Source: Klebsiella phage vB_KpnM_VPA32
Reading direction: 5' to 3' (one strand)
DNA length: 64,000 bases
Sequence record: OP558005.1
The position numbers and the translations under genes were made by a program. The notes below the pieces were generated by a model, which saw nothing but the letters and a program-made list of their open reading frames with translations, had not been told where the DNA came from and searched no databases. Position 1 is the first letter of the stretch; every line of letters begins with the position of its first letter. Positions 9,273 to 19,350 of the stretch are shown here, piece after piece.

Positions 9273-11091
9273 AGTGTTTTGTCCTGTGCATTATTTCTTT
9301 ATTTTTACCAAGATTAAATCCGCGTTCAGACGGATTGCCAAGATATCCGCAAGTGCGTCGGATTGTGTTCATCTTTTTAGGGTCTGATTCACCACATTCA
9401 TGACAGACGAATCCATTTTCAGTTGGAGTCATTTCATGAGTTGAACCGCATGTAAAGCATTTATCAACTGGCATGTTTACACCGAAGTAATCAAGATGCT
9501 CAACAGCATAATCCCACACAGCTTCAAGCCCTTTGAGATTGTTCTTCATATCAGGAAGTTCTACATAACTGATATGACCACCCTTAGCGATGAAGTGGAA
9601 AATAGATTCACGGTCAATTTTACCAAATGGCGAAATCTTTTCTTCTACTGAAACATGGAAGCTGTTAGTGTACCACCCTTTATCGGTGACGCCTTTAATG
9701 TCACCATGGACCTCAGCATCAATCTTACAGAAGCGATAACACAAATTCTCTGCTGGAGTTGAATAAAGACTAAAAGCAAATCCAGTTTCTTTAGTCCATT
9801 CAGCGAGATAATCATTCAAGCATTTCAGAAGAAGCTTACCGATATCAGCACCCAATAGAGTTTGAACTTCATGGATTCCGATATACCCTAATGAAATTGA
9901 AGAACGACCGTTTCGGAAGATGTCGAGAATCTCGTCATTTGGCTTAAGACGAACACCAAAAGCGCCTTCTTGATAAAGAATAGGAGCTACCGAAGCTGTT
10001 ACACCACGGAGTGATTCAATACGAGCCAAAAGAGCTTCTTTACAAATCTTCAAACGGTCATCAAGAATATGGAAGAACTTGGTCAAATCTGGACGACCAT
10101 CAACCATACAATCGAGTGCTACTCGTGGAAGGTTAATTGTCACTACACCAAGATTATTACGACCATCGAGAATTTCTTCGCCATCTTTGTTCTTCCATAC
10201 ACCAAGGAATGAACGACACCCCATTGGAGAAACTGGAACAGAAGAGCCAGTGATTAGACGGTTATTCTTTGAACTAATGATGTCAGGATACATTCGCTTA
10301 CTTGCACATTCCAATGCAAGTTGTTTGATGTCATAGTTCACATCAGTAGGATGAAGGTTAATTCCTTCTTCAACAAACATAACGAGCTTAGGAAAAATCG
10401 GAGTGATTCCGTCTCGTCCAAGACCTTTGATTCTATTTTTGAGAATAGCTTTTTGAATCATTCGTTCATAATCGCTTGTACCGGTACCAAAGGTAATTGT
10501 CACGAATGGAGTTTGTCCATTTGAACTGAACAGAGTATTGACTTCATATTCATAAGCTTGGAATGCGTCGTATACGTCTTTTTCTGTTTTCTCAATCGCG
10601 TATACATAGTCATTGACATGCTCAATGCCGTATCTTTCTGCATCGTGTAAATGCTTAAAGAAAGTCTTCTCTACAAAAGGAGCAAGTACAACATCAACAT
10701 TAGCAAATGTCGTTCCACCATATTGATGTGAAGCTACTTGAGCAGTGATTTGAGCCATAATAGCAGTTGCTACACCAATTGACTTTGGAGTCTCAATTTG
10801 AGCATTACCAAGTTTAAATCCATTGCTGAGCATACCCTTCAAATCGACTAAGCAACAGTTAGTGAATGGAAGAGCTGGAGAATAGTCTAAGTCATGAAAA
10901 TGAATAAGACCTTTATCATGAGCATTTAGAACAGTAGGAGAGATAACCTGACGAGCAATGTGTTTTGAAACAATTCCTGCCATCAGGTCTCGTTGAGTTG
11001 GAAAAACACGAGAATCTTTATTGGCATTCTCGTTGAGTAAGTCTTTGTTGGTGCGGTTGATTAAACCCTGGATTTCTGATTCAATTGTCAT
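9262..11091 (-). CDS. nrdD: anaerobic ribonucleoside-triphosphate reductase NrdD, uninterrupted
   Basis: 609 aa continuous ORF; C-terminal glycyl-radical region RRTCGYLG and Zn-ribbon cysteines; no intron (T4 nrdD carries a group I intron with I-TevIII). Confidence 0.9.
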   Translation of the reverse strand: MTIESEIQGLINRTNKDLLNENANKDSRVFPTQRDLMAGIVSKHIARQVISPTVLNAHDKGLIHFHDLDYSPALPFTNCCLVDLKGMLSNGFKLGNAQIETPKSIGVATAIMAQITAQVASHQYGGTTFANVDVVLAPFVEKTFFKHLHDAERYGIEHVNDYVYAIEKTEKDVYDAFQAYEYEVNTLFSSNGQTPFVTITFGTGTSDYERMIQKAILKNRIKGLGRDGITPIFPKLVMFVEEGINLHPTDVNYDIKQLALECASKRMYPDIISSKNNRLITGSSVPVSPMGCRSFLGVWKNKDGEEILDGRNNLGVVTINLPRVALDCMVDGRPDLTKFFHILDDRLKICKEALLARIESLRGVTASVAPILYQEGAFGVRLKPNDEILDIFRNGRSSISLGYIGIHEVQTLLGADIGKLLLKCLNDYLAEWTKETGFAFSLYSTPAENLCYRFCKIDAEVHGDIKGVTDKGWYTNSFHVSVEEKISPFGKIDRESIFHFIAKGGHISYVELPDMKNNLKGLEAVWDYAVEHLDYFGVNMPVDKCFTCGSTHEMTPTENGFVCHECGESDPKKMNTIRRTCGYLGNPSERGFNLGKNKEIMHRTKHCEV

Positions 11092-11561
11092 TTTAAACTC
11101 TTACGAAGTTGCTTTTTGAATGAAGCAACAAGCTTTGGTTTGGAATCATCTTCAGAATAGGTAAACCCGTAAGCATTCATTTCAGCTATCATCTCGGGTT
11201 TACCAAGTCGACTGAATTCTTTTGACTTATCGCCAATGAAATTAGGATGAATGTTGTTTTTAGTATAGTCATTCTTCAGATAGGTCAGCAAACTCTCAAG
11301 CCACTCGAGGTAGTCGACTTCACGACCTTTCAAACCAGAGCGGTTGAACTTATGCTTCATTTGACCTTCTGCTGCGTTACACAAATTACACAGTAAACCA
11401 CGAACTTTACCAGCTTTTGGCCCGTTCAATTCATGGTCGTGGTCAAGGTGGTTACTTTGAACATCGCTGTCTAATTCGCGTTTACAAATAGGACAGATAC
11501 CATGCTGTGCATCAAATAGTCTTTGTTTTTCTTCTTTGTAGAGTTTGCTAGTCAATAACAT
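11088..11561 (-). CDS. 49: endonuclease VII (Holliday junction resolvase) gp49
   Basis: 157 aa; MLLTSKLYKEEKQ...CPICKREL...HLDHDHELNGPKAGKVRGLLCNLCNAAEGQ, near-identical to T4 endo VII. Confidence 0.9.
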   Translation of the reverse strand: MLLTSKLYKEEKQRLFDAQHGICPICKRELDSDVQSNHLDHDHELNGPKAGKVRGLLCNLCNAAEGQMKHKFNRSGLKGREVDYLEWLESLLTYLKNDYTKNNIHPNFIGDKSKEFSRLGKPEMIAEMNAYGFTYSEDDSKPKLVASFKKQLRKSLK

Positions 11562-11595
11562 AGTTCACCTCAGTATTAGATGAACTATTTATAGT

Positions 11596-12060
11596 TTAGA
11601 ACTTCCTGGAGTTAAACTCCAATTGAGATTCAAGCCAACGAATATAATCTGCAGCAGCTTGCATCAAATCGTATTCTTCGGAATCACAATTTTCTTGACC
11701 AGCCATTTTATAGAGCTGCGCAGTGATATCTTTTCCGTTAAAAAGGTTACGAGGGATATCTTCAGAAGAGCCGTATTGGTCAGAAGAAAGTTCTTCAAGT
11801 TCTTCTAAATGATCAATCTCATCAGAGTAGAAGCACCAGAACCATGAATCTTGACCACTAATTTCTGGATGAGTAGCAGTTTTAACATGAACATAAGGGC
11901 CGTTCTTAAATTGAACAGAAGTCATGCCAGTTGATTCGCCTACTTTACTGATGCTCAGAACTTTAAATTCCGCACCCTTTACAAATTCAGGGAATTGAGA
12001 AAGCAGCTCTTCATCTTCTTCAATAACACGAAAAACTTTATTCAGGAAACTCATATCCAA
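11596..12060 (-). CDS. hypothetical acidic protein
   Basis: 154 aa ORF. Confidence 0.4.
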   Translation of the reverse strand: MDMSFLNKVFRVIEEDEELLSQFPEFVKGAEFKVLSISKVGESTGMTSVQFKNGPYVHVKTATHPEISGQDSWFWCFYSDEIDHLEELEELSSDQYGSSEDIPRNLFNGKDITAQLYKMAGQENCDSEEYDLMQAAADYIRWLESQLEFNSRKF

Positions 12061-12168
12061 ACTCCATATCGATTAATTCATTGTTGGTAGGTTCATTATA
12101 ATCATTTTCAGGAAAGCTTTCTTCTTCCTCTGGCTCGAGGGTTTCCCAACGAGCCGCGTACCAAGGTT

Positions 12169-12480
12169 TTAGAGCGTAACCCATTCTGTGATAGTCTTAG
12201 TTACAACGCGTTCGCGTTTTTCAACTAGTGAAACATCAGGTTCCATGTAATACCAGTCAGTATGATACGAACCAGAACGAGTTTCATTTACAGCGACGTG
12301 AACGTCATGTTTCTTGCTGTAGTAAACTACTTGACGATATTGATACTTGTGGTTCTGAGTCCATTCATCATGGTCTACTTCTTCAAGATAATCAGAGTCT
12401 TCAAAGTCGTAATACTCTGAATGCCCATCATGGTCTTCCATGATTTCTTTCAGAATTTTTTCTTTCATTTCAGAAATCAT
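12169..12480 (-). CDS. hypothetical protein
   Basis: 103 aa ORF. Confidence 0.4.
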   Translation of the reverse strand: MISEMKEKILKEIMEDHDGHSEYYDFEDSDYLEEVDHDEWTQNHKYQYRQVVYYSKKHDVHVAVNETRSGSYHTDWYYMEPDVSLVEKRERVVTKTITEWVTL

Positions 12481-12649
12481 TATTCACCTCGCAAAGTTTC
12501 AAGAACTTCATCATCAACCCAAGATTCTAAACCACTTGGAAGAGAACGTTCGACTTCCCAAAGTAAAGCTTCGCATTCGCGAAGACGAGCAAGCTCAGCA
12601 GAGCAAATTACTTCTTCTGTCTTTGGGTCAATCAATACAGAGTTCAGAC

Positions 12650-12946
12650 TCATTTCAAATATTCCTTCAATTCAGTAAATCCACCGATAGGCGAACCTTT
12701 TTCATCAAAAATCTGGGGCATTGTCAGACCAACACGAGATGGTCTATTCAGACGCGTCAGAAGCTCAGAGATAACTTCTTCATTAAAGATTGGTGTACCA
12801 TCTTCATTATTACCTGAAGTCACAGAGATGAACTCGTAATCTTTACGTTTAGCATCTAACAGACGCTTAGAGTTAATGCATGGAACACATTTAAAATGCT
12901 TGCTGTCGTAACCGAAAACCTTGAATGTCACTAGAGATGTCCTCAA
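12650..12946 (-). CDS. nrdC: thioredoxin/glutaredoxin NrdC
   Basis: FKVFGYDSKHFKCVPCINSKRLL...GLTMPQIFDEKGSPIGGFTELKEYLK parallels T4 NrdC; exact start uncertain. Confidence 0.7.
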   Translation of the reverse strand: MRTSLVTFKVFGYDSKHFKCVPCINSKRLLDAKRKDYEFISVTSGNNEDGTPIFNEEVISELLTRLNRPSRVGLTMPQIFDEKGSPIGGFTELKEYLK

Positions 12947-13184
12947 TAACTGATGAGACTACTTTATCGTAGTCGGGGTGTTTTTGCGTGCGATGGTCCC
13001 ATTTAACACCAAGACGTTTTGCAACTTCACGGTTAATTGAGCCAAACGCAAATGAATGAGCACGGGTTAAAGCACTCTTCAAAACTGAATAAGAATCCGG
13101 CATTTTACCATGGTCTTTATGATAAGCTACCATCATTCGGAGGAGGCTGTCTTCAGCCTCAATCATATATTCTTTACGGCTCAT
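12891..13184 (-). CDS. hypothetical protein
   Basis: 97 aa ORF. Confidence 0.35.
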   Translation of the reverse strand: MSRKEYMIEAEDSLLRMMVAYHKDHGKMPDSYSVLKSALTRAHSFAFGSINREVAKRLGVKWDHRTQKHPDYDKVVSSVIEDISSDIQGFRLRQQAF

Positions 13185-13474
13185 AGTTCTTTTAATCTCT
13201 TATAAGACTCGTGAGCTGCAACAGCAATCTTTTCACTCATTGGAAGAGAAGTGTTAGGTTGACTATTCAATTGATGATATGCATATGTTTTGAACATTAT
13301 AACATCAAAATCAATTGAAGCGTGAAGAGAACGATGGACATGGTCCATGTTAAGATTTTCACCTTTTTCTTCAGCGTATTGAAGACAAATACGCCCAGCA
13401 ACTTCGCGAAGCTCTTTAAACAGAGATTTCATCTCTTCAGTTTCAGAAATAGCACTACTTTGAAATGGATTCAT
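13181..13474 (-). CDS. hypothetical protein
   Basis: 97 aa ORF. Confidence 0.35.
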   Translation of the reverse strand: MNPFQSSAISETEEMKSLFKELREVAGRICLQYAEEKGENLNMDHVHRSLHASIDFDVIMFKTYAYHQLNSQPNTSLPMSEKIAVAAHESYKRLKEL

Positions 13475-13806
13475 TTGACCGCCTTAACACCAGGAATGTT
13501 GCGGATGACTTCTAACACTTCGTCAAAATCGTCTTTGTTGACTGTGACCACAATAGTGCGAGTTGTTTGCTTCTTTTTCCAACGCTTAAAGAAAGTTTCT
13601 AAACGAAGGTCATGAGCTGTAAAACTGTCTTCATCATTTTTATAGACGTAACCAGACTCAATTGTAACTACTGCATCTGGAGCTGGGTCTTCATAATCTT
13701 CAACTTCTACACCATCAAACAGAATCAGTGTATCATCGTGATAATAACCTTCCCAAAAGGCTTCATCGTTATAGAATTCTTTCCAAAGTGCACCAGTAGT
13801 TTTCAT
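13471..13806 (-). CDS. hypothetical protein
   Basis: 111 aa ORF. Confidence 0.35.
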   Translation of the reverse strand: MKTTGALWKEFYNDEAFWEGYYHDDTLILFDGVEVEDYEDPAPDAVVTIESGYVYKNDEDSFTAHDLRLETFFKRWKKKQTTRTIVVTVNKDDFDEVLEVIRNIPGVKAVK

Positions 13807-14318
13807 TTCTTCACCTCAGGGAAAGCGGCAGCAATACGTTCAGCAATTGCTTTATCAAGCATATTACCAAAATGATTATTGATATGAGAAACAATCATTC
13901 GTTCCCAACGTTGTTCAGTCATTTGAAGAGTTTCTTCAATGCGGTTTTCTAATTTTTTAGCAGCTTCTTCAATGCATTTAGCGATTTTGTCTTGAATGAT
14001 ATTTTGAGCAACTTCAATAGCTTCTTTACGCATTGCTTGGTCTAACTCAAACGTTGAGTCATAGTTATTCCAACCGCGCTTAGTGAAGAAAGTTTTGAGT
14101 TCAGTTTCAACAGCAGCTTTTACTGAAGGAACACGGGCACCAAGTAATTCAATTTCCTGCGAAACTGCTTTACGAATTTTGTTATCAGAGTCTTTAAGCA
14201 CCATCTCTTTGACGATGTTCTGAATAACTGACTGTTGCAAGGCGGCACGAATTTCTGTTCCTTCTGGGAACAGTTGACGGATTGTGTTGGTGTCTAATTT
14301 TAAATCAATGAGTGACAT
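13803..14318 (-). CDS. hypothetical protein
   Basis: 171 aa ORF. Confidence 0.4.
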   Translation of the reverse strand: MSLIDLKLDTNTIRQLFPEGTEIRAALQQSVIQNIVKEMVLKDSDNKIRKAVSQEIELLGARVPSVKAAVETELKTFFTKRGWNNYDSTFELDQAMRKEAIEVAQNIIQDKIAKCIEEAAKKLENRIEETLQMTEQRWERMIVSHINNHFGNMLDKAIAERIAAAFPEVKK

Positions 14319-14330
14319 AATAATTTCCTC

Positions 14331-14756
14331 TTAAATATCTGAATTCATCCAATCAATAGACGATTTAGGTAAACATACTATCACAGAAAAGAAGAAAGCA
14401 AGTATATAAGTGATAATATAAAGGAACGCTGAACCAAATGACCAAGCAGCATTCCAGCCTTGACGATACTCTGAATAGATTAACTCAGGTCGTATTTCCA
14501 AATCGTACATTGAACCAACTTGTGCCATGCTATAAAATGCAGGTGAAATTTCTCGGTCAAATCTTCGTCCGTTTTGGTCTTCATATACCGCGATGAATTC
14601 CAGATGAGAGTACTTACCGCTTGAGGTTCCGGAATAAAGTTGAACTAATTCTGCTTTAATGAGCTGGTCTTTTGAAAAGTCAGGACGCACATCAGTGAAA
14701 ATAGAGAAACACCAAAAGCAAATCGCTGCTACGAGAAATTTCATACGGGTTGTCAT
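14331..14756 (-). CDS. hypothetical membrane protein
   Basis: 141 aa, N- and C-terminal hydrophobic helices. Confidence 0.4.
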   Translation of the reverse strand: MTTRMKFLVAAICFWCFSIFTDVRPDFSKDQLIKAELVQLYSGTSSGKYSHLEFIAVYEDQNGRRFDREISPAFYSMAQVGSMYDLEIRPELIYSEYRQGWNAAWSFGSAFLYIITYILAFFFSVIVCLPKSSIDWMNSDI

Positions 14757-15010
14757 TTTAATTCCTTCACAAATTTATGAAAACAAATTCGGCATTTCAT
14801 CTGAAGTTGAGGAGTTTGCCAATTAACTAATTGTACTTGAATACTATCGCATTTTGGGCAAGGCGTAACTTGTTTAGCTGCTGCTTCACGGCGTTCAACC
14901 ATTTCCATCATCGCTTCCCAGCGAGTAGCGGCCAGAAGCCGCTCCATTCCTTCAGGGTCATCTAAAATTTCTTGACTTAAGTCAATATCTTCATGTAATT
15001 GCTTTTTCAT
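14753..15010 (-). CDS. hypothetical zinc-ribbon protein
   Basis: CPKCDS...CRIC pair. Confidence 0.4.
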   Translation of the reverse strand: MKKQLHEDIDLSQEILDDPEGMERLLAATRWEAMMEMVERREAAAKQVTPCPKCDSIQVQLVNWQTPQLQMKCRICFHKFVKELK

Positions 15011-16068
15011 ACGCCAGCCTTAGGTTCAGAAATAACTTCTAATGAGATTCGCAATGTTTCCATTTGGCGTTTCAGCTGAATAGTACGTGAACTGATTCGT
15101 GAAACTTCGTCATTAAGATTACGCTTTTTCGTTTCAAGTTCATTGAACTCTTTTTCAAGCTCGTTAATTTTAGCTTTAATAACTTTGCCTGCATCTACAG
15201 GAGTTTCAACAATTTCTTTAACCGTGTTAGGAGTCATAATTGGCTCTTCTGGAGCAACAAAATCTTCGTTTTTCTTGATATTCAAGTTAACCATAATTTG
15301 ATGTTGGCGGGGTGTTTCAACAACAAGATTATGGAAACGCACAATATTCATTCGTTTAAGAGCTGAAATAATCTGCTTAGAGATTCGTTCCATATCACCG
15401 TTTTCACGGCCAGCACGAATGGTGATAGTCATTACATCATCACTTTCTTCAATAAATGAAATTGTCGGAATGGTCCATTTACTAGTTGAAAGCATGAAGT
15501 TAGTTTTAGCTTTGTCGTTTTCAGTCAGAAAAGCTGCACCCAAACGTAACAGACGAGGAAACTCAAAAGAAAACTGATTAATGATGAAATTAACAGCGCT
15601 TTGATTATGCATTTTATTCGTGTGCACATTAGTTTTATCACCGTCAGCGTTATAATAAAGAGCATTGTATTCGTCAGGGGCTTGCATTAAGTAATGACGA
15701 AGACGGTTATTTGCTTTAACACGACGGAGAATTCCACTGGTGCGCAGTACATCAATCCAGGCGTCGGGTTTGTTAGCATCTCCAGCAGCTATTCGCGCAG
15801 CGTTGATGCGAGCATCAATTCCCATTTTACCAAATTCAGTGTTTAAAATGGTTGAAATCCACTGACGAATACATCCAAGTTTTTCAATTCGGTCAGCTCG
15901 TAATCCTTCGCCTGGGACGAAGTTGAAAGATGATTCAGCATTAGCAATAAGTTCTTTGATGTAAGTATTGAAATTGTTGTTGGTCAACACATTTACTAAT
16001 TTCATTTCTATTCCTTCATTGTCAGGCGTAAGATTTGATTGAGAATCCGTGAAACCATTATACATCAC
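15007..16068 (-). CDS. hypothetical protein with C-terminal coiled coil
   Basis: 353 aa ORF. Confidence 0.45.
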   Translation of the reverse strand: MMYNGFTDSQSNLTPDNEGIEMKLVNVLTNNNFNTYIKELIANAESSFNFVPGEGLRADRIEKLGCIRQWISTILNTEFGKMGIDARINAARIAAGDANKPDAWIDVLRTSGILRRVKANNRLRHYLMQAPDEYNALYYNADGDKTNVHTNKMHNQSAVNFIINQFSFEFPRLLRLGAAFLTENDKAKTNFMLSTSKWTIPTISFIEESDDVMTITIRAGRENGDMERISKQIISALKRMNIVRFHNLVVETPRQHQIMVNLNIKKNEDFVAPEEPIMTPNTVKEIVETPVDAGKVIKAKINELEKEFNELETKKRNLNDEVSRISSRTIQLKRQMETLRISLEVISEPKAGV

Positions 16069-16081
16069 GGATTTTAAAGCA

Positions 16082-16288
16082 TTAATCGAAGATGACTGCG
16101 CAAATCCAAAACAGCGGCCAAGTTGCTACTTTAAGGATAAAAATAACCCAAACCACTGGCCAAAGCATCATAATAAATGCAGCAGTATCACCATCAATGT
16201 CGATGAACCAGTCTTCTACAAGCTTAAAGAATCCAGTTGATACTGCGCCGATGGCCAAGTAAACCAGAATAGCTCCTACGATTTCCAT
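16082..16288 (-). CDS. hypothetical small membrane protein
   Basis: 68 aa, two hydrophobic helices. Confidence 0.35.
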   Translation of the reverse strand: MEIVGAILVYLAIGAVSTGFFKLVEDWFIDIDGDTAAFIMMLWPVVWVIFILKVATWPLFWICAVIFD

Positions 16289-16713
16289 AGTATTTCTCTC
16301 GCTTCAATGATACGAAGTTGTGCTTGCTTGTAAGTATAAACTGCTTCTTTTAGTTGACCATTTGAAACTTGAAGATGGTCTTTATACCACTTGTTCAAGT
16401 CCTGATGCTTTTTAAAAGTTTCAACAAGTTTGTTATTTGCTTCAATTAAAGCTTCTTGAAGTTTATCAAAAGTCTTTTCAATAACTTCGCGCTTTACTGA
16501 ACCGTCATAGTTCAATTTACAAAGAATGTTAGCATGACGCCAAATTTCTCTGAGTTCTCCAAGGACGTTTTTCTTATCACCCCAAGTGAACTTATAAAGC
16601 TCTTCACAAATAGCTTCCGCCTGCTTTTCTGCTTTACTTTTAGCCATTCCAGCGTAGATATAAGCAGGAGGATAAAGGGCCGTGTTATCGACCCAGTTAG
16701 AAAGAATCAGCAT
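16276..16713 (-). CDS. hypothetical protein
   Basis: 145 aa ORF. Confidence 0.4.
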   Translation of the reverse strand: MLILSNWVDNTALYPPAYIYAGMAKSKAEKQAEAICEELYKFTWGDKKNVLGELREIWRHANILCKLNYDGSVKREVIEKTFDKLQEALIEANNKLVETFKKHQDLNKWYKDHLQVSNGQLKEAVYTYKQAQLRIIEAREILWKS

Positions 16714-17483
16714 ATAACCACCTTAGTTGGACGCTTAAAGAATGAATGAGTGCTATCGTCTTTAGCATGTTCAAAAGTTGCAGAGAATTCAATGACTCCA
16801 CGATAATCCATCAGAACTGCTTTTGGCAGAGAGCCGTAGACCGTTGCACCGTTTTCAAGACGGACAGTCATTTTGACTTGCATCCCGTAATAATCTTCCC
16901 AGCACTTAACTGAGACGACTTTGCCTTTAACTACTTGCTTACCAACAGGTGCTTCGCCTTTGTTCTTTTTGAACGATTCATACAGTTCATCAAAGAACTT
17001 CTTAGAAGCTTCTTGAATAGCCACAAGAATGTTCTTATGAGCTCTGACTTCAACCATCATAACAGTGGTGAAATCTTCAAGTTCCCAACGTTTGTAAGGT
17101 TCACGGACCTCGATAGGGCATCCGTAAAGTTTAAGTTCAACATACATTGCTGCAGTTAAACGAAGTTTCCACCATCCATGGTCTCTTGTGTACTCTGGTT
17201 TGTCAAAGTAATCAAGTTCCGTAACGTATGGAAGATAACTACCAGCGTGATATGCTTCCACTTCGCCAAGTTCATTTTCCCAGAGATAACCATCGAACGG
17301 AGCATGTGGACGATCATCAATTCCCCAGGTTGGAGCAACCACCTTATCAAATCCTTCGCGACCGTAGCGGGTCTTCGCCCATCCAGCATTCAATTCCAAA
17401 GCGCGTTCTTCAACTTTCGCTCGGCGTGCTGCGTGTGCTTTACGATTTTCATCTAAGATTGAGTCGATGATTTCAGTTAGCAT
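16707..17483 (-). CDS. hypothetical protein (start trimmed to MLTEIIDS)
   Basis: ORF track gives 16707-17561, but an early promoter lies at 17513-17543 and an RBS precedes ATG at 17483. Confidence 0.4.
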   Translation of the reverse strand: MLTEIIDSILDENRKAHAARRAKVEERALELNAGWAKTRYGREGFDKVVAPTWGIDDRPHAPFDGYLWENELGEVEAYHAGSYLPYVTELDYFDKPEYTRDHGWWKLRLTAAMYVELKLYGCPIEVREPYKRWELEDFTTVMMVEVRAHKNILVAIQEASKKFFDELYESFKKNKGEAPVGKQVVKGKVVSVKCWEDYYGMQVKMTVRLENGATVYGSLPKAVLMDYRGVIEFSATFEHAKDDSTHSFFKRPTKVVIC

Positions 17484-17512
17484 TTTGTTTCTCCATTGGT
17501 TGATTACGAGAC

Positions 17513-17543
17513 TATCATATACTAACTTTTTAGTGTTGTAAAC
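17513..17543 (-). promoter_or_regulatory. T4-type early promoter
   Basis: plus tgtaaacgg at 17537-17545 (-35 GTTTACA) with AT-rich -10 about 17 nt downstream on minus strand. Confidence 0.4.
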
Positions 17544-17553
17544 GGTTGAATGC

Positions 17554-17585
17554 GGATTCACCAGAACGGTTGAGAGGAACTTTCT
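17554..17585. repeat. 32-nt exact repeat ggattcaccagaacggttgagaggaactttct (copy 1)
   Basis: identical copy at 40249-40280; both lie between a terminator hairpin and an early promoter. Confidence 0.7.
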
Positions 17586-17617
17586 TGCGAAGGATGATAA
17601 ATCATATTACGAGGATA

Positions 17618-17643
17618 CAAAAATGCCCCAGCGAAGCCGGGGC
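17618..17643 (-). terminator. rho-independent terminator
   Basis: hairpin gcccc...ggggc followed on minus strand by ATTTTTG. Confidence 0.5.
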
Positions 17644-17648
17644 GAACT

Positions 17649-18077
17649 TTAGTGATAAGCTGGAGTATTAGGGTCGCCTGAGAACCACACGGAAGTACTA
17701 ACCTCAGTGGCTTTCATTTGAGTTTCAAAAGCCTCTTCATTTATTGCTTTTTCTTTTTCAAACAGACGCTGCGCATGGATTTGCATTCGGTCCATTTCAA
17801 TAAGCCCAATAGTTTTTAGGCGAATGAATTCAGACTTTGCAGCCATTCGCCCTTTTATATCTATGACAGTTGGGTATTTAACTAATAGCTCAAATCCTCT
17901 GTCATATTGTTTTTCATAAAGCTCAACTGCACCAACCATTCTGCGAATGAAGTTGCAATGAATATCTGATAGCCGCTGTTTGTAATTCTTAATGATTAAA
18001 TCTTTTAAATTCACTGCTTCCACTCCTCTGTTCGACCTATTCGGTCCGGGTGACAATTCCAGAAATAGTCCTTGCAC
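17649..18077 (-). CDS. hypothetical protein
   Basis: 142 aa ORF. Confidence 0.4.
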   Translation of the reverse strand: MQGLFLELSPGPNRSNRGVEAVNLKDLIIKNYKQRLSDIHCNFIRRMVGAVELYEKQYDRGFELLVKYPTVIDIKGRMAAKSEFIRLKTIGLIEMDRMQIHAQRLFEKEKAINEEAFETQMKATEVSTSVWFSGDPNTPAYH

Positions 18078-18445
18078 TTATTTCCATTAGTGCGACAAAA
18101 CTTTTGCTGGTATGATTTCTTTTTAAATGGCTCACCGCAACTTGGACATACTAATGTAGTGCCAACTTTCATTAATGCATTATTTCGGTAGATGGGTTCC
18201 ATGATATCATATCTGGTTGTTGTGGCCTTCTTTTGAGGACTTTGACTACTATGCTCTTTGACTTCTGTAAGCTTTCTTTCTCGAGTTGTGCTAGTCCTTT
18301 GACTACTGTTGAGAAGTCTGAGGACTTCAATTCGGTCACCATGCAAGTTGATGGGTCGAGGCTCGTGACCATATTCTTCATTTTCATAGTCTTCGTCTTC
18401 ATAATCATCATACCAATCGTTTAGTTCATCTAATCCGTAGCCCAT
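18011..18445 (-). CDS. hypothetical protein with C-terminal zinc finger
   Basis: acidic N-terminus; CPSCGEPF...CRTNGNKCKDYFWNCH. Confidence 0.4.
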   Translation of the reverse strand: MGYGLDELNDWYDDYEDEDYENEEYGHEPRPINLHGDRIEVLRLLNSSQRTSTTRERKLTEVKEHSSQSPQKKATTTRYDIMEPIYRNNALMKVGTTLVCPSCGEPFKKKSYQQKFCRTNGNKCKDYFWNCHPDRIGRTEEWKQ

Positions 18446-18661
18446 TTATTTACCTACAATTAAAACACCAACCATGAAAATAATCCAGAACGGATAGAAT
18501 AAAATCATAGACCATTCTGCTAACCATTTAACTACTTTTTGTTTAGTAGTGCGACAGCTTGAAGCTGGCATTCCAAGACACCAAGCGAAAGTTCTGAGAA
18601 AGGCAACTCCACCCAGTAAATAAACCACTATTGCCAAAGCAATAAGAACTGGAATTACCAT
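18446..18661 (-). CDS. hypothetical small membrane protein
   Basis: 71 aa, two TM helices. Confidence 0.35.
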   Translation of the reverse strand: MVIPVLIALAIVVYLLGGVAFLRTFAWCLGMPASSCRTTKQKVVKWLAEWSMILFYPFWIIFMVGVLIVGK

Positions 18662-18840
18662 AAGTCTTTCCTTAATAGATTTTCAACATCACTTCTATAA
18701 ACTGAAGCAGAAGTGATAAGTTCATCGTCGAACTTCAATTCGATTTCTAATGTTCCAAACAATGAATCATTGCGGACTTCAATTGTTAAGTTCTCTTTAA
18801 TCATTTCTTTTAGCAAAACTCTCATTTCTTCGGGATTCAT
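18655..18840 (-). CDS. hypothetical protein
   Basis: 61 aa ORF. Confidence 0.3.
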   Translation of the reverse strand: MNPEEMRVLLKEMIKENLTIEVRNDSLFGTLEIELKFDDELITSASVYRSDVENLLRKDLW

Positions 18841-19340
18841 AGTTTCATCTCAATTCGTTCTTTGCTTTTAACACCCTTTCCATTATCAGAGTGTTTGCGT
18901 TCAAAGATATAATCATATGGGTCATCAATATCCATACGCTGCCAGAATACACCAAGTTGAATATTGCCTGGGTCATTAGGTTTAGAACCTGTGCAACGAC
19001 CTAAGTCGCGGCGGGAATAGCGATGATGACCATTTTCGTCCATGATAGTTTCATAGCCTGTGCGTCCACGACCTTCAAGGTCTTTGAATTCAACCATCTT
19101 CACTTTATCGCCAGACAGAGTTTCATAAGTATATCCAGTTTCAAAGTAAGATGGATTTCCGTCTTTTGATTGAACCATAACAATAACATCTTCAATATTC
19201 TGGTCATCATTATAAGTGCCAAGATGCCATACTGCTTGATATTGGTTTTCAGCTTTTACTGTCGCTACACGGAACTTTTCGTCCCAAACACCATTGACAA
19301 AACGTTTGAATTTGATTTCATAAGTGATTAATTTGCTCAT
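18837..19340 (-). CDS. hypothetical protein
   Basis: 167 aa ORF. Confidence 0.4.
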   Translation of the reverse strand: MSKLITYEIKFKRFVNGVWDEKFRVATVKAENQYQAVWHLGTYNDDQNIEDVIVMVQSKDGNPSYFETGYTYETLSGDKVKMVEFKDLEGRGRTGYETIMDENGHHRYSRRDLGRCTGSKPNDPGNIQLGVFWQRMDIDDPYDYIFERKHSDNGKGVKSKERIEMKL

Positions 19341-19350
19341 TATAATTTCC

